Shown: in pieces, positions 9,372-18,544 of the stretch
How the letters are laid out: each line of letters opens with the position of its first letter
Numbering within the stretch: the stretch's first letter is position 1
Virus record (IMG/VR): IMGVR_UViG_3300028145_000014
Coordinates: 1-35,614 of that record
Reading direction: 5' to 3' (one strand)
Length of the DNA stretch: 35,614 nt
Origin: a virus
Taxonomy: Duplodnaviria; Caudoviricetes
Program-made: the position numbers and the translations under genes
Notes under the pieces: generated by a model
Database searches by the model: none
Seen by the model: the letters and a program-made list of their open reading frames with translations, nothing else
Told to the model about the DNA's origin: nothing

Positions 9372-10340
9372 ATGCCTGTTGGTTCAGTAGTTCCGTTGCT
9401 TGCAACGGTTCTGAACTCGACACTCACGAAGTCGCGCAAGAAGTTGATCATGGCGAGCATCAAGTCGTGCTCGCTCATGGCATGGGTCTTCGCGAATGAC
9501 CGTGTCGAGTATGAAGACGGTGGTTACAATATCACCAATCCGCTGACGGTCGGTCGCAATCCCAACATTGCGTCATATCGCTACTATCAGCAACTGCCGA
9601 TCGACCAGACCGACGAGTTTGACACCGTCGAGTATGGTTACTCGCGTGTTGCTGGTTCGGTCATCATCTCGGATCAGGAAGAAGACGAGAACAACGGCGC
9701 GGCTGCCATCTTCAAACTCATGAAGGCGAAGATGGATGTCCTTGAAGAAAGCATCAAGGAGAAGTTCTCGTCGTATCTGTATGGTGTCGGCGGCGGAACC
9801 GATCCACTCGGACTCGGCACCGTCATTCCGACCAATCCAACAGTCGGTGTGCTCGGCGGTATCAACCGCGCGACGCAGATACAGTGGCGCACGAGTGCAT
9901 ATAACTTCGCCGGCGGCATTGACTCGACGAACATCGAGGAAGTGTTCGACGACGTGTTGATGGACTTGACGCTCAAAGGCGACAAGCCGACCGTCATTCT
10001 CGTCGGTCGTAACATCTATCGTATCTACCGGCAGGCTGTGCGCGACAAGTTCACGATGCCGCTCAGTGAAGGCAAAGCCGGGAAGCGGATGTTCGATCTC
10101 GGCTTCGAGGGATGCTTCCACAATGGTATCCCGCTGATGTATGACGAAGACTGCCCCGTCAACTTCTCATACTTCATCAACGACAAGTATCTCCGGCTCA
10201 CGATCCTTCGTGGTGTGAACATGAAGGTCAAAGAACTGACTGCACCGTGGAACGTCGATGCCGCAGGCTCGCGCGTTGTGTGGCAAGGTCAGTGGTGCAC
10301 ATGGAGGTGCTTCCGCACACACGGAGTTGTCACAAACTGA
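9372..10340 (+). CDS. Major capsid protein
   Basis: 322 aa with SD AGGAG; follows the scaffold; HK97-fold-like segments (SRVAGSVIISDQE, GGINRATQIQWR, LGFEGCFHNGIPLMYDEDCP, YFINDKYLRL). Confidence 0.88.
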   Translation: MPVGSVVPLLATVLNSTLTKSRKKLIMASIKSCSLMAWVFANDRVEYEDGGYNITNPLTVGRNPNIASYRYYQQLPIDQTDEFDTVEYGYSRVAGSVIISDQEEDENNGAAAIFKLMKAKMDVLEESIKEKFSSYLYGVGGGTDPLGLGTVIPTNPTVGVLGGINRATQIQWRTSAYNFAGGIDSTNIEEVFDDVLMDLTLKGDKPTVILVGRNIYRIYRQAVRDKFTMPLSEGKAGKRMFDLGFEGCFHNGIPLMYDEDCPVNFSYFINDKYLRLTILRGVNMKVKELTAPWNVDAAGSRVVWQGQWCTWRCFRTHGVVTN

Positions 10341-10747
10341 TGCCCGAAGCGAACCTCATGCCTGCATGGCAGGCAGAACGCGTCACGGGTAAGTTCACCC
10401 GTGACATTACACGTATTGTCGAAGACGTGCGTGTCATCAACGGCCACAACGGAGAGCGCAAGATCATTACGCGCAATCTCGTCAAGGAGAAGGAGGATTT
10501 CACCGAAGGCATCATGCTGTATTTCCCGCAAGGTCACTCAATGCTGATCGCTGCGGATGACCATGAGCAGTTGATCCGTCTCGGCGTCATGCGTGACCCG
10601 CGACTGGTTGACATGGAGAGTGGTGAAGTCGCACCGCAGGGTTTCACCATGACACCGAAGCAGATCGTCGAAGCAAGTGAGACACGCAAGCGTCACACGA
10701 CAACCATCGGCGGACTGACTGAACTGTTGGAGGAAGCACGTGGCTAA
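10340..10747 (+). CDS. Hypothetical protein (about 135 aa)
   Basis: TGATG coupling to the MCP stop; normal composition; its 3' end carries the SD (GGAGGA) of the next gene. Confidence 0.75.
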   Translation: MPEANLMPAWQAERVTGKFTRDITRIVEDVRVINGHNGERKIITRNLVKEKEDFTEGIMLYFPQGHSMLIAADDHEQLIRLGVMRDPRLVDMESGEVAPQGFTMTPKQIVEASETRKRHTTTIGGLTELLEEARG

Positions 10748-11450
10748 TGTCATCAATCCCGGCACGTTCCACCCCCGGCGTGTCAATCAGTATGTCCGTG
10801 CGATGCAGTATGCATCGGATGTGAACTACGGTGGGCGCACGCGTATCTCGTTCGGGCGTCCGCTCGCTTCGTCATCGAACAACATCCTCGCAGCGACGAA
10901 TGCAACGGTCGCCGGCAACTACGATACGACTGGTGTCGCTGCTGCACCGGAGCCGTTTGGTCGCACTGTTCAGGTAGCCGGTGTTGCGAACACAGTAGCA
11001 GGTTCGTCAGTGACAATTCGCGGCTACGACTACTTGAACCAGCCAATGACTGAGGCACTGACCACAGTAGCAGGTGTAACAGTCATTCAGGGCATCAAGG
11101 CATTCAAGTCGATCATACTCGTGTCGATCGGTGCAAACGGTGGTGCTGCACCGAACACGATCTCTGTCGGCTGGGGTGCAAAGCTCGGTCTACCGTATCG
11201 TGCGATTGCACAGAGCACTGAGGTTGCGAATGGTGTGCCGACTGCAACACAGGGCACGTTCGTCGCTGGTCCATTCGCACAGACGAATAATGCAGTCGGT
11301 CAGGCTGATCCGCGCGGCACATATCAACCGAACACCGCATTCACGAGCACGAACGGTGCAAACGGCAACTTGATCGATGCATCCTTCGACTTTGCGAATG
11401 ATCTGTCTGGTGTGAACTGTGGATTGATGGGGTTTCCGCACGCAGGCTAG
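10740..11450 (+). CDS. Structural protein, putative capsid decoration/minor head protein
   Basis: GTG start with SD GGAGG; 236 aa Gly/Ala/Thr/Asn-rich beta-type sequence; last gene before a strong hairpin. Confidence 0.6.
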   Translation: MANVINPGTFHPRRVNQYVRAMQYASDVNYGGRTRISFGRPLASSSNNILAATNATVAGNYDTTGVAAAPEPFGRTVQVAGVANTVAGSSVTIRGYDYLNQPMTEALTTVAGVTVIQGIKAFKSIILVSIGANGGAAPNTISVGWGAKLGLPYRAIAQSTEVANGVPTATQGTFVAGPFAQTNNAVGQADPRGTYQPNTAFTSTNGANGNLIDASFDFANDLSGVNCGLMGFPHAG

Positions 11451-11464
11451 TTTCCTCCCAAGTG

Positions 11465-11515
11465 CGGGAAGTGTGGTCGGTGAGTTGACCTCGTGCTCAC
11501 CGACCATTCCCGTTT
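11465..11515 (+). terminator. Long stem-loop after the head genes (terminator or processing site)
   Basis: CGGGAA-gtg-TGGTCGGTGAG / 11-nt loop / CTCACCGACCA-TTCCCG, followed by only a short TTT run. Confidence 0.6.
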
Positions 11516-11517
11516 CC

Positions 11518-11533
11518 ACTTACCGCAGTAAGT
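11518..11533 (+). repeat. 16-bp quasi-palindrome copy 2 (ACTTACCGCAGTAAGT), intergenic
   Basis: Perfect copy, 2 nt upstream of the GGAGG SD of the adaptor gene. Confidence 0.95.
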
Positions 11534-11548
11534 TCGGAGGCTTATGAG

Positions 11549-12232
11549 ATGGCATTCACACTCGTCAGCGACATCGTCGCGATGGTCATCAATGAACTCT
11601 CACAAGTCCCCGGCGTTGTGACGCAGAAGTATTCAACGCCAATCATCACGCAGTATATCCAGACTGCATACTTGCTGGAGATCGATGATCAATGGTGGCC
11701 TGACTACATGGTGCTGCTCGATGCGACAATTGACGGCACGACCGGACACTTGACCAGCGACTTGCAAGGACCGATCAGTTCGATTGAAGACATGGGCGAC
11801 ATCATGATCGTGTGGGTCGCAGGAACGAACCAACGACTACGCGCATTGCGTCCTGGCACGAACCCAGGCACCGTCACAGTCGGTGGTGCTGCAAATCCGC
11901 TATACATGATACCCGACAGCACAGTTGCGAAGCGACCGTTTCGTGTGTTGCCGCCAACCGGCATCGGTCCACTGAAGTTGTGGGCACGACAGAAGCAATC
12001 GTTCCCGTTCTCGCTATCGACCAAAGTCGGCATCGATGCACTGCTGCTCATGCTCGATGCTGCATGGCAATACTGCGTCAACGACGGCACGATCCCCGCA
12101 CAGGTCGCCAAGTATGAACTGTTGATCCGCAAGCGGCGCACACAAGTCGTGTCATCGTTCAATCAACAGCCCATTCCACTCGACAATCGCTTCGCCGGCA
12201 TGACGAACGAGTGGCAGGAGAGTTGGCGCTAA
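11549..12232 (+). CDS. Head-tail adaptor / tail tubular protein A (putative)
   Basis: SD GGAGG; 227 aa; N-terminal helix pattern (VSDIVAMVINELSQ...YIQTAYLLEIDDQWWP); directly before the nozzle gene. Confidence 0.65.
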   Translation: MAFTLVSDIVAMVINELSQVPGVVTQKYSTPIITQYIQTAYLLEIDDQWWPDYMVLLDATIDGTTGHLTSDLQGPISSIEDMGDIMIVWVAGTNQRLRALRPGTNPGTVTVGGAANPLYMIPDSTVAKRPFRVLPPTGIGPLKLWARQKQSFPFSLSTKVGIDALLLMLDAAWQYCVNDGTIPAQVAKYELLIRKRRTQVVSSFNQQPIPLDNRFAGMTNEWQESWR

Positions 12233-13974
12233 TGTATCTGTCGAAAGGCAAGTCGCCAGTCAGTAAGCAGGTCCATGAAGTCCTGCGCACGACGACTGTG
12301 CGATCATTCGAGGGCGGGCTCAATGTCGCTGACACTGACCTTAATATGTCGCCCAAGTTCGCCCGAGTTCTGGACAACATTGAACGCAATCTGGATGGAA
12401 CACTCTCCGTCCGACCCGGAACACGTCTGCGCGCTCGTTTGTCTCCGAATGGTGACACGAGTCGGATCATCAACATTACGCAATTCAACGACTACATTAT
12501 CTCAGTGCAGTTCAATGGAACAGTGTCTCGCACGGATGGGGCGGGTAACGTAACATACATGGCGCCACCGGCTGGCGGTGCATGGTCCGGTGGTGTGCTG
12601 ATCGCTAACTTCACGATCTTCAACAGCGATTTGATCATTGTCGATGGCAAGGATAAGCCATACATCATCGTCGGTCAGGTCGGTAAGCCGAACTTCATGA
12701 CGCTGCAACTACTTCGCGACCTTGGTGCAGTCGGCGAGTCGAATGCATTCGTGCCGATCAGCAAGTATGTCGTGACGCATGGACGCTATGTCGTGCATGC
12801 GAACTTGGTCGATCCACTCGATGCATCGAAGAACAAACCATCGTCGATCAGCATCTCTGCACGCGATACTAGCGGTGCATATGCAGGCACGACACCTGTG
12901 CCGGCAATACCGGGTGTCGAGATTGATCTTGGTTCACGTGTGTCGCTCGGTTCGCCTGTCATTACGGGTCTCGTGTCATACCGCGACAAACTGATCGTGT
13001 CATTCGAGCGCGGTGTGTTGCCGATGACCCTCAATGTGTTCACGGGCTCGCCACCAGTGCACACGCCAGGCGATGATGGCTTTATCGCAGAGAGTGGCTG
13101 TCTCGGCCACCGATCAATGGTGAATGTAGGCGATGACACATACTTTTGTGACAACATCGGCGTTAACACGTTGCAGCGGGTGTCTCTGGTCAACACGCTA
13201 CGACCGCGCCGCACCTCCTATCTCATTGACAGTCTCATTACCCGATCTCTTAACGCACTTACACCCAACCAGATCGCACAATTCGTGTTTGCCGTCTACG
13301 ACCTGCGAAATAGCCGATATATGCTGTTTGTTCCCACTCTTAACGCAGGCGGCCAGATCGTCGAGACCGTCGTCTACAGTTACACGACGATTGCGCAGTT
13401 GCAGATCAGTGCTTGGGCGCGTCTACGCGGCTGGGCGTTCACGGCTGCATGTCGCACTGCATTGCAGAACATCATCTTCTCATTCTCGAACAAGCTCTAT
13501 TCGTATGAGTTCGACGATGCAGAGAATTGTGCTGACTTTATGGGCGATGTTGACTTTGCAGCGGATGGCTCAGGTGTGGCGCAGACGTTCATCTGGGAAC
13601 TACCGTGGGCCGACTTCGACAAGCGACTGAACAGCAAAACAATCAAGTATATCCATACGGACACTGAGGGCACCGGATCGTTCACACTGGATGCGTTTTC
13701 AGACAACATCCGCAAAGACGACACCGGGCAGATCGACGCGCCGCAGTTGACGATGGACTTCGATGCAGCGTCGTCACTCGGCTACGGTCGTGATGGATAC
13801 GGCAAATCATACGGTGGTGGCTCGACTGGACATCCGACGAACGAAGAACGACTCTACGGGTTCCCGATGAAAGCCAATCTCGTGAAGCTGCTGTATCGCG
13901 GCGTGACGAAGAAACCAGTCAAGTTCATTAGTATCTCGCTCGGCTACACGCGCGGCTCGGTTCGGAGAGCATAA
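12232..13974 (+). CDS. Tail nozzle / tail tubular protein B (P22 gp10 / T7 gp12 analogue)
   Basis: TAATG coupling; N-terminal SFEGGLN...LDNI...DGTLSVRPG motif; beta-propeller-like composition; about 580 aa. Confidence 0.75.
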   Translation: MYLSKGKSPVSKQVHEVLRTTTVRSFEGGLNVADTDLNMSPKFARVLDNIERNLDGTLSVRPGTRLRARLSPNGDTSRIINITQFNDYIISVQFNGTVSRTDGAGNVTYMAPPAGGAWSGGVLIANFTIFNSDLIIVDGKDKPYIIVGQVGKPNFMTLQLLRDLGAVGESNAFVPISKYVVTHGRYVVHANLVDPLDASKNKPSSISISARDTSGAYAGTTPVPAIPGVEIDLGSRVSLGSPVITGLVSYRDKLIVSFERGVLPMTLNVFTGSPPVHTPGDDGFIAESGCLGHRSMVNVGDDTYFCDNIGVNTLQRVSLVNTLRPRRTSYLIDSLITRSLNALTPNQIAQFVFAVYDLRNSRYMLFVPTLNAGGQIVETVVYSYTTIAQLQISAWARLRGWAFTAACRTALQNIIFSFSNKLYSYEFDDAENCADFMGDVDFAADGSGVAQTFIWELPWADFDKRLNSKTIKYIHTDTEGTGSFTLDAFSDNIRKDDTGQIDAPQLTMDFDAASSLGYGRDGYGKSYGGGSTGHPTNEERLYGFPMKANLVKLLYRGVTKKPVKFISISLGYTRGSVRRA

Positions 13975-15359
13975 TGGCAACGTTCACCACATTCCTGAAG
14001 CTCTATAAGCCAGTCACGAATGAAGAAGGCTGGGACGACAACATGAACTCGAACCTCGACGTGATCGATGGGTTCGTGAAGCAGTTCATGTCGATACCTG
14101 GGTTCACCGGTGCATGGGTGAACGCGCATGCGTATGGCATCAACAATGTTGCGCTCGATACGGCATCTGGCTCGTTCTACACAGTGCTGGTCGCACACAC
14201 GAGTGCATCGACTGGCTCATTCGCAGCAGATCGCACTGCTCGACCGACACTATGGAAGCTGACGAACAACGTATCGCAGGATGCAGCAGCCGCAGCAGCC
14301 GCGAGTGCTACTCAGTCGGCAAACAGTGCAACCGCAGCAGCCGGAAGTGCAACCGCAGCAGCGGCGAACCTCAATTCGTTCCGCACGGTCTACTACGGAG
14401 CGGCGGCGACTGATCCGGCGACCGATCCGATCGGTGGTGCACGCACTTCGGGCGATATGTATTACAACACGACAACACCGCGACTTCGTGTGTGGAGTGG
14501 CACTGCATGGGCAGATGTGCCGTCAACACAAGGCATGGTCCCCGAAGCACCGAACAACGGCACACTGTATGGACGACGCAGCCTTGCATGGACGCAAGCG
14601 ATGGGGGTTACGGGCAATCAGCAACTGACTGACGGTAATCTCGTCATTGCATCCAACGTAGGCAATCGTCAGGGCAAACTCGGCGTCGGTTACAATCCAC
14701 CAGATGCAGCCGATCCGAACTACATCTTCGCAAACAACATCAACGCATTCTCTACACACACGATCAATCTCTACTTCAGTTCTGTTGATGGGCGATGGCA
14801 CTACGCATTGCCGAACATCGTAGCGAGTGGGTGGGCAACAACTACGCCGACAACCGGCCTGCCGATCATGTATTTCTTCATGACTGGCGAGACCCCTGGT
14901 GTAGCGAACTCGACTGCTAATCTGCGCACTGTCATGACAATCGATCGTGGTGGCAACTTGCTCATCACTGGTGGTGTCGCAGGCAAAGTCGGCGGTGGTG
15001 TATGGTCAGATGTATCTGACGAACGGATCAAGACTGTCATCGGTCCATACAGTGCAGGTCTCGCTGAAATCCTGGAGATGGAGCCGAAGGTATTCACATA
15101 CAAAGGTAATGACTACGCAATCGGCGAAGGTGGTGAGAAGGGTCAGGCGATGCATCCTGATACGACGACGAACTACATCGGCTTCGTCGCGCAGGAATGC
15201 GAAGCATACATGCCTGAGTTGGTGACGCAATACTCATGCTACATCGACGATACACTTGAGACCGATGTGCGTCGTGTTGACGCGACCGCGTTGTTGTATG
15301 CATGCGTCAATGCGATACGGACTCTCGAAGCGCGCATCGCGGTGTTGGAAGCTGCCTGA
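13974..15359 (+). CDS. Tail fibre with C-terminal intramolecular chaperone (peptidase S74)
   Basis: SDERIK cleavage motif, GFVAQE..PELV, terminal coiled coil [13 protein letters not shown]; Ala-rich stalk; internal foldon-like [20 protein letters not shown]. Confidence 0.88.
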   Translation: [461 protein letters not shown]

Positions 15360-15865
15360 TGGACGGTGTGTCAACCACACTCATCATCGAGCCGTTCACA
15401 CTGGAGAACATGGCGTATGGGTGTGCACTTGGCAAGGAATTGCACGGACAAGGGGCACTATCTCATATACCGTTTGATGAGTCGTTCAACCGTGCACTCA
15501 CTGCCAACAAGATGCATGATCCGTCGTGGTGGCTCCGTCTCGCGCGCACGACGGACGGTAGTGAATACTGCGGTGTCATGGTCGGCAACGTCACGTCCAC
15601 TCTGTTTTCTCGTCGGCTCATTGGATACGAGCAACTACTGTATGTCCGTAAGGGCACGAAGTATCGAGGCGCAATTGCGCTTAACTTGGTCCGCAACTTC
15701 CTATCATGGTGTTACGCCATACACGGATGCGTCATGGTGCAGTCAGGGGATGTTGCTGCGATCAATAGTCTAGCCGTCGATGCATTGTATCGACACGCAG
15801 GGTTCAAGCGATTTGGTGCGATCTATGCACACGAGCCGCAAACAGGAGGCGAGCATGTTCAGTGA
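15359..15865 (+). CDS. GNAT-fold protein 1 (putative tail/ejection assembly acetyltransferase)
   Basis: TGATG coupling; 168 aa; LYVRKGTKYRGAIALNLV (degenerate motif A) and LYRHAGFKRFG (motif B). Confidence 0.7.
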   Translation: MDGVSTTLIIEPFTLENMAYGCALGKELHGQGALSHIPFDESFNRALTANKMHDPSWWLRLARTTDGSEYCGVMVGNVTSTLFSRRLIGYEQLLYVRKGTKYRGAIALNLVRNFLSWCYAIHGCVMVQSGDVAAINSLAVDALYRHAGFKRFGAIYAHEPQTGGEHVQ

Positions 15866-16988
15866 AGGTGGACAGATTGCACACCTAGTGTTCGCTGGTG
15901 TGCGTGGTGGTGGCAAAGGTGGCGGCGGTGGTGGTGGTGCTGATCCAATGGCGTCGAAACCGCTCGTATTGACCGATCCGGTTGACGGAACGACATTCAC
16001 GCAAGAGACCAATCCGTATTTGCGTGCACTCAGCATGAACATGCCGCAGGAAGCACCTGCACAGGATCGATTGAACGAGCATATTCGCCAACGGCAGGCA
16101 AATGAGAAGGCACTGAGTGATCAGAGGATCGCTGATGCAAAGACAGTCTCCGACACTGCACGAACTGACTTCGGCACACGTGTCACAGGTGCAATTGACC
16201 AAGAACGACAGAACCTGCGTAATTACTTCACGCAGCAGGGTCTCAATCCTGATCAATACACGAACGAGATCGAAAGTGCGATCAATACAGGCAAGGCGTC
16301 AATACCTGACCTTGCACCGAACCCGATCACGGCGTTCGATCCGAACCTCGGTGCGTCGATTGTCAACGACATTACATCCGGTGGACGCACACGGGCGACG
16401 AACTCGTTTAATCAGATATTCACACCGACGTATGCGACTGATCGACTGTCATACACGGCAGATGATCCACTTATTTCGTCCATTCTCGACGAACAGTTCA
16501 ATCCGCTCGCAGACTCGATCAAAGCGTCGCTCGCACGAGGCACGATCAACGAGACAGGATACAAAGCCGCGAGTGATCTGCTCGGAACGAAGCGCACGGG
16601 TGCCGAAGCAGATGTGCAGCGTCTCGGTCAGGGTGTGATCGACACCGACCGTCTCGATGTGAACAACTTGATCAGTGGTGGACGCACGACTGCATCCAAT
16701 CTCGCACCGGGTGGCACGTTCGACCCGACTTCATACCAGAAGCAAGCCGATGAACTGATCGGTGCGCGGCTTGGTTCGCTCGGCGGCGATCTGCGCAGCA
16801 AGATCGGCACGACGAAGTATCTCGACATCAATGAGTTGCTGTCTGCCGCCGGATCGGCAACTGGTCCGGCCAATGTGCCTGACAAGAGTGGCGGCGTTGG
16901 AACCGACAGCGCGATTGATCCTGCGGCGATTGAAGCGGAGAAGCGACGCAATCAACCGCGTGGTCTCGGTAATCAGGGTGCATTCTGA
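15855..16988 (+). CDS. Internal virion / DNA ejection protein 1 (P22 gp7-like N-terminus)
   Basis: SD AGGAGG before ATG 15855; N-terminal leader followed by GGGKGGGGGGG; helical Ala/Asp/Thr-rich body. Confidence 0.65.
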   Translation: MFSEGGQIAHLVFAGVRGGGKGGGGGGGADPMASKPLVLTDPVDGTTFTQETNPYLRALSMNMPQEAPAQDRLNEHIRQRQANEKALSDQRIADAKTVSDTARTDFGTRVTGAIDQERQNLRNYFTQQGLNPDQYTNEIESAINTGKASIPDLAPNPITAFDPNLGASIVNDITSGGRTRATNSFNQIFTPTYATDRLSYTADDPLISSILDEQFNPLADSIKASLARGTINETGYKAASDLLGTKRTGAEADVQRLGQGVIDTDRLDVNNLISGGRTTASNLAPGGTFDPTSYQKQADELIGARLGSLGGDLRSKIGTTKYLDINELLSAAGSATGPANVPDKSGGVGTDSAIDPAAIEAEKRRNQPRGLGNQGAF

Positions 16989-17449
16989 TGCTGCAACTCG
17001 TCATCGCACACGAACCACTTGCACTGTGTTACGAGTCGTTCGACGAGATGGCGAAGGACTACTATCGCACGACCGATGCGTCAGTCGGCGTGCCACCACT
17101 CGACTTCAACTGGCCTCACTTCCTGACACTCGAACGGAATGGGCACATCTTGTGCATGACATGTCGCGAAGGCGGCCTGTTGATCGGCATTGTGCTCTAC
17201 ATCATACAGATGCATCCACAACACCAGACCTGGAAGATCGCTCTGTGCAATACACTCGCCGTTGCGCCGAAGTTCCGCGGCAAAGGCATCGGGCGGCGTC
17301 TCATGGAGTCAGCAGAACCGTTACTGCGGTTACAAGGTGTGAAGCGGATTGTGCACGGCTTCCGTATGGACGCATACGGCACGATACCGACACTGTTCGA
17401 CAAGTCAGGCTACCAGATTAGCGAAGTCGCATACAAGAAGGACTTGTAA
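16988..17449 (+). CDS. GNAT family N-acetyltransferase 2
   Basis: Canonical acetyl-CoA-binding motif A LAVAPKFRGKGIGRRLM; LFDKSGY motif B; TGATG coupling. Confidence 0.88.
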   Translation: MLQLVIAHEPLALCYESFDEMAKDYYRTTDASVGVPPLDFNWPHFLTLERNGHILCMTCREGGLLIGIVLYIIQMHPQHQTWKIALCNTLAVAPKFRGKGIGRRLMESAEPLLRLQGVKRIVHGFRMDAYGTIPTLFDKSGYQISEVAYKKDL

Positions 17450-17450
17450 G

Positions 17451-18530
17451 ATGGTCGCAGCCATTGCCGCACTGATCAGCGCCGGCGTCGGTGTCGGTGG
17501 GCTTGCGTTGAATGCGTCACGAGGCGGTCAGCAGCCGCAGCAAGTGTATGACCAGAACTCGTCTGCACTGCTCGACAGTCAGAACAACCAGAACTACGTC
17601 CGTGCACTCAATGCACTCGGCATTCAACAGTCGCGAGCCGGGTTCAGCGACGGACAAGGTGGGTCAATTCAGTATGACCCAGCGACAAATCAATGGATCA
17701 CAACACCGTCGCCAGGACAAGCTGCTGCAACTAAGTCTCAGCAAGACGCAACGATCAAACGCAATACCACTGACATGCTCATGGCAGATCGTGTCAACAC
17801 GCGTGCAGATGCGCGTGCTCTTGCGGCTGATCGTGCAGTTGGTCCAGCACTTGCAGCGATCGAACAATACCAACCGATCACCGGATCACAACTTGCTGGA
17901 CTGTTGACTGATCGCACGACGCAGGGCAACGCTGAGACGTTCCGACCGATCGTGCAGAGTGCCGCTGCGGATGCAACGCGCACTGGATCGAATGCCGGTG
18001 ACATATTGTCGCGACTCGGCATCGCACAAGCAGGCGAGAACCGCAAAGCCATACTCGACTCGCAGATTGCAGGATACACAGGTGCAGCAGACATCAACAA
18101 GTCCAACATGGATCGACTGCGAGGCACGTATTCTACACTTGCAGGGCGTGCTGATCCCACATTGCAGTTCCCCGGTATTGCAGCAGACGACAGTAGCAAG
18201 ACACTCGCCGCCATCGCCGCCGATAGAGCAAAGACAGCAAGCGGGGTTACATCGGGTGCTGGATTTGTCAGTAATCAGGCACAAGGACTGAACAACCAAG
18301 CGTCTAACCAAGTCGCAGGCTCGATACCCGGCAACAACATCCTGCCGAACACACTGAAGGGACTTGGCGACATCATTGGGACGCAGGGCTTCGGTAAGGC
18401 ACTCAGTTCATTGTTTGGTCCAGACAAGAAGACTGCGAGTGGGTTCAACGAGGGCACACTCAGTGATTTGCAGCGCACTGGCTCGCAAGCAGGCGATGCG
18501 ATTACGGATGAGTTCTCACGCGCGTTCTAA
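17451..18530 (+). CDS. Internal virion / DNA ejection protein 2 (putative)
   Basis: SD AAGGA; hydrophobic small-residue N-terminus MVAAIAALISAGVGVGGLAL; Ala/Gln/Asn-rich; position in the ejection cluster. Confidence 0.65.
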   Translation: MVAAIAALISAGVGVGGLALNASRGGQQPQQVYDQNSSALLDSQNNQNYVRALNALGIQQSRAGFSDGQGGSIQYDPATNQWITTPSPGQAAATKSQQDATIKRNTTDMLMADRVNTRADARALAADRAVGPALAAIEQYQPITGSQLAGLLTDRTTQGNAETFRPIVQSAAADATRTGSNAGDILSRLGIAQAGENRKAILDSQIAGYTGAADINKSNMDRLRGTYSTLAGRADPTLQFPGIAADDSSKTLAAIAADRAKTASGVTSGAGFVSNQAQGLNNQASNQVAGSIPGNNILPNTLKGLGDIIGTQGFGKALSSLFGPDKKTASGFNEGTLSDLQRTGSQAGDAITDEFSRAF

Positions 18531-18544
18531 TGAGGTGATGTGAC

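Noticed and set aside
14281-14365. GCAGCC/GCAACC repeats
   Set aside because: Encode the Ala-rich stalk of the tail fibre; ordinary low-complexity coding sequence.
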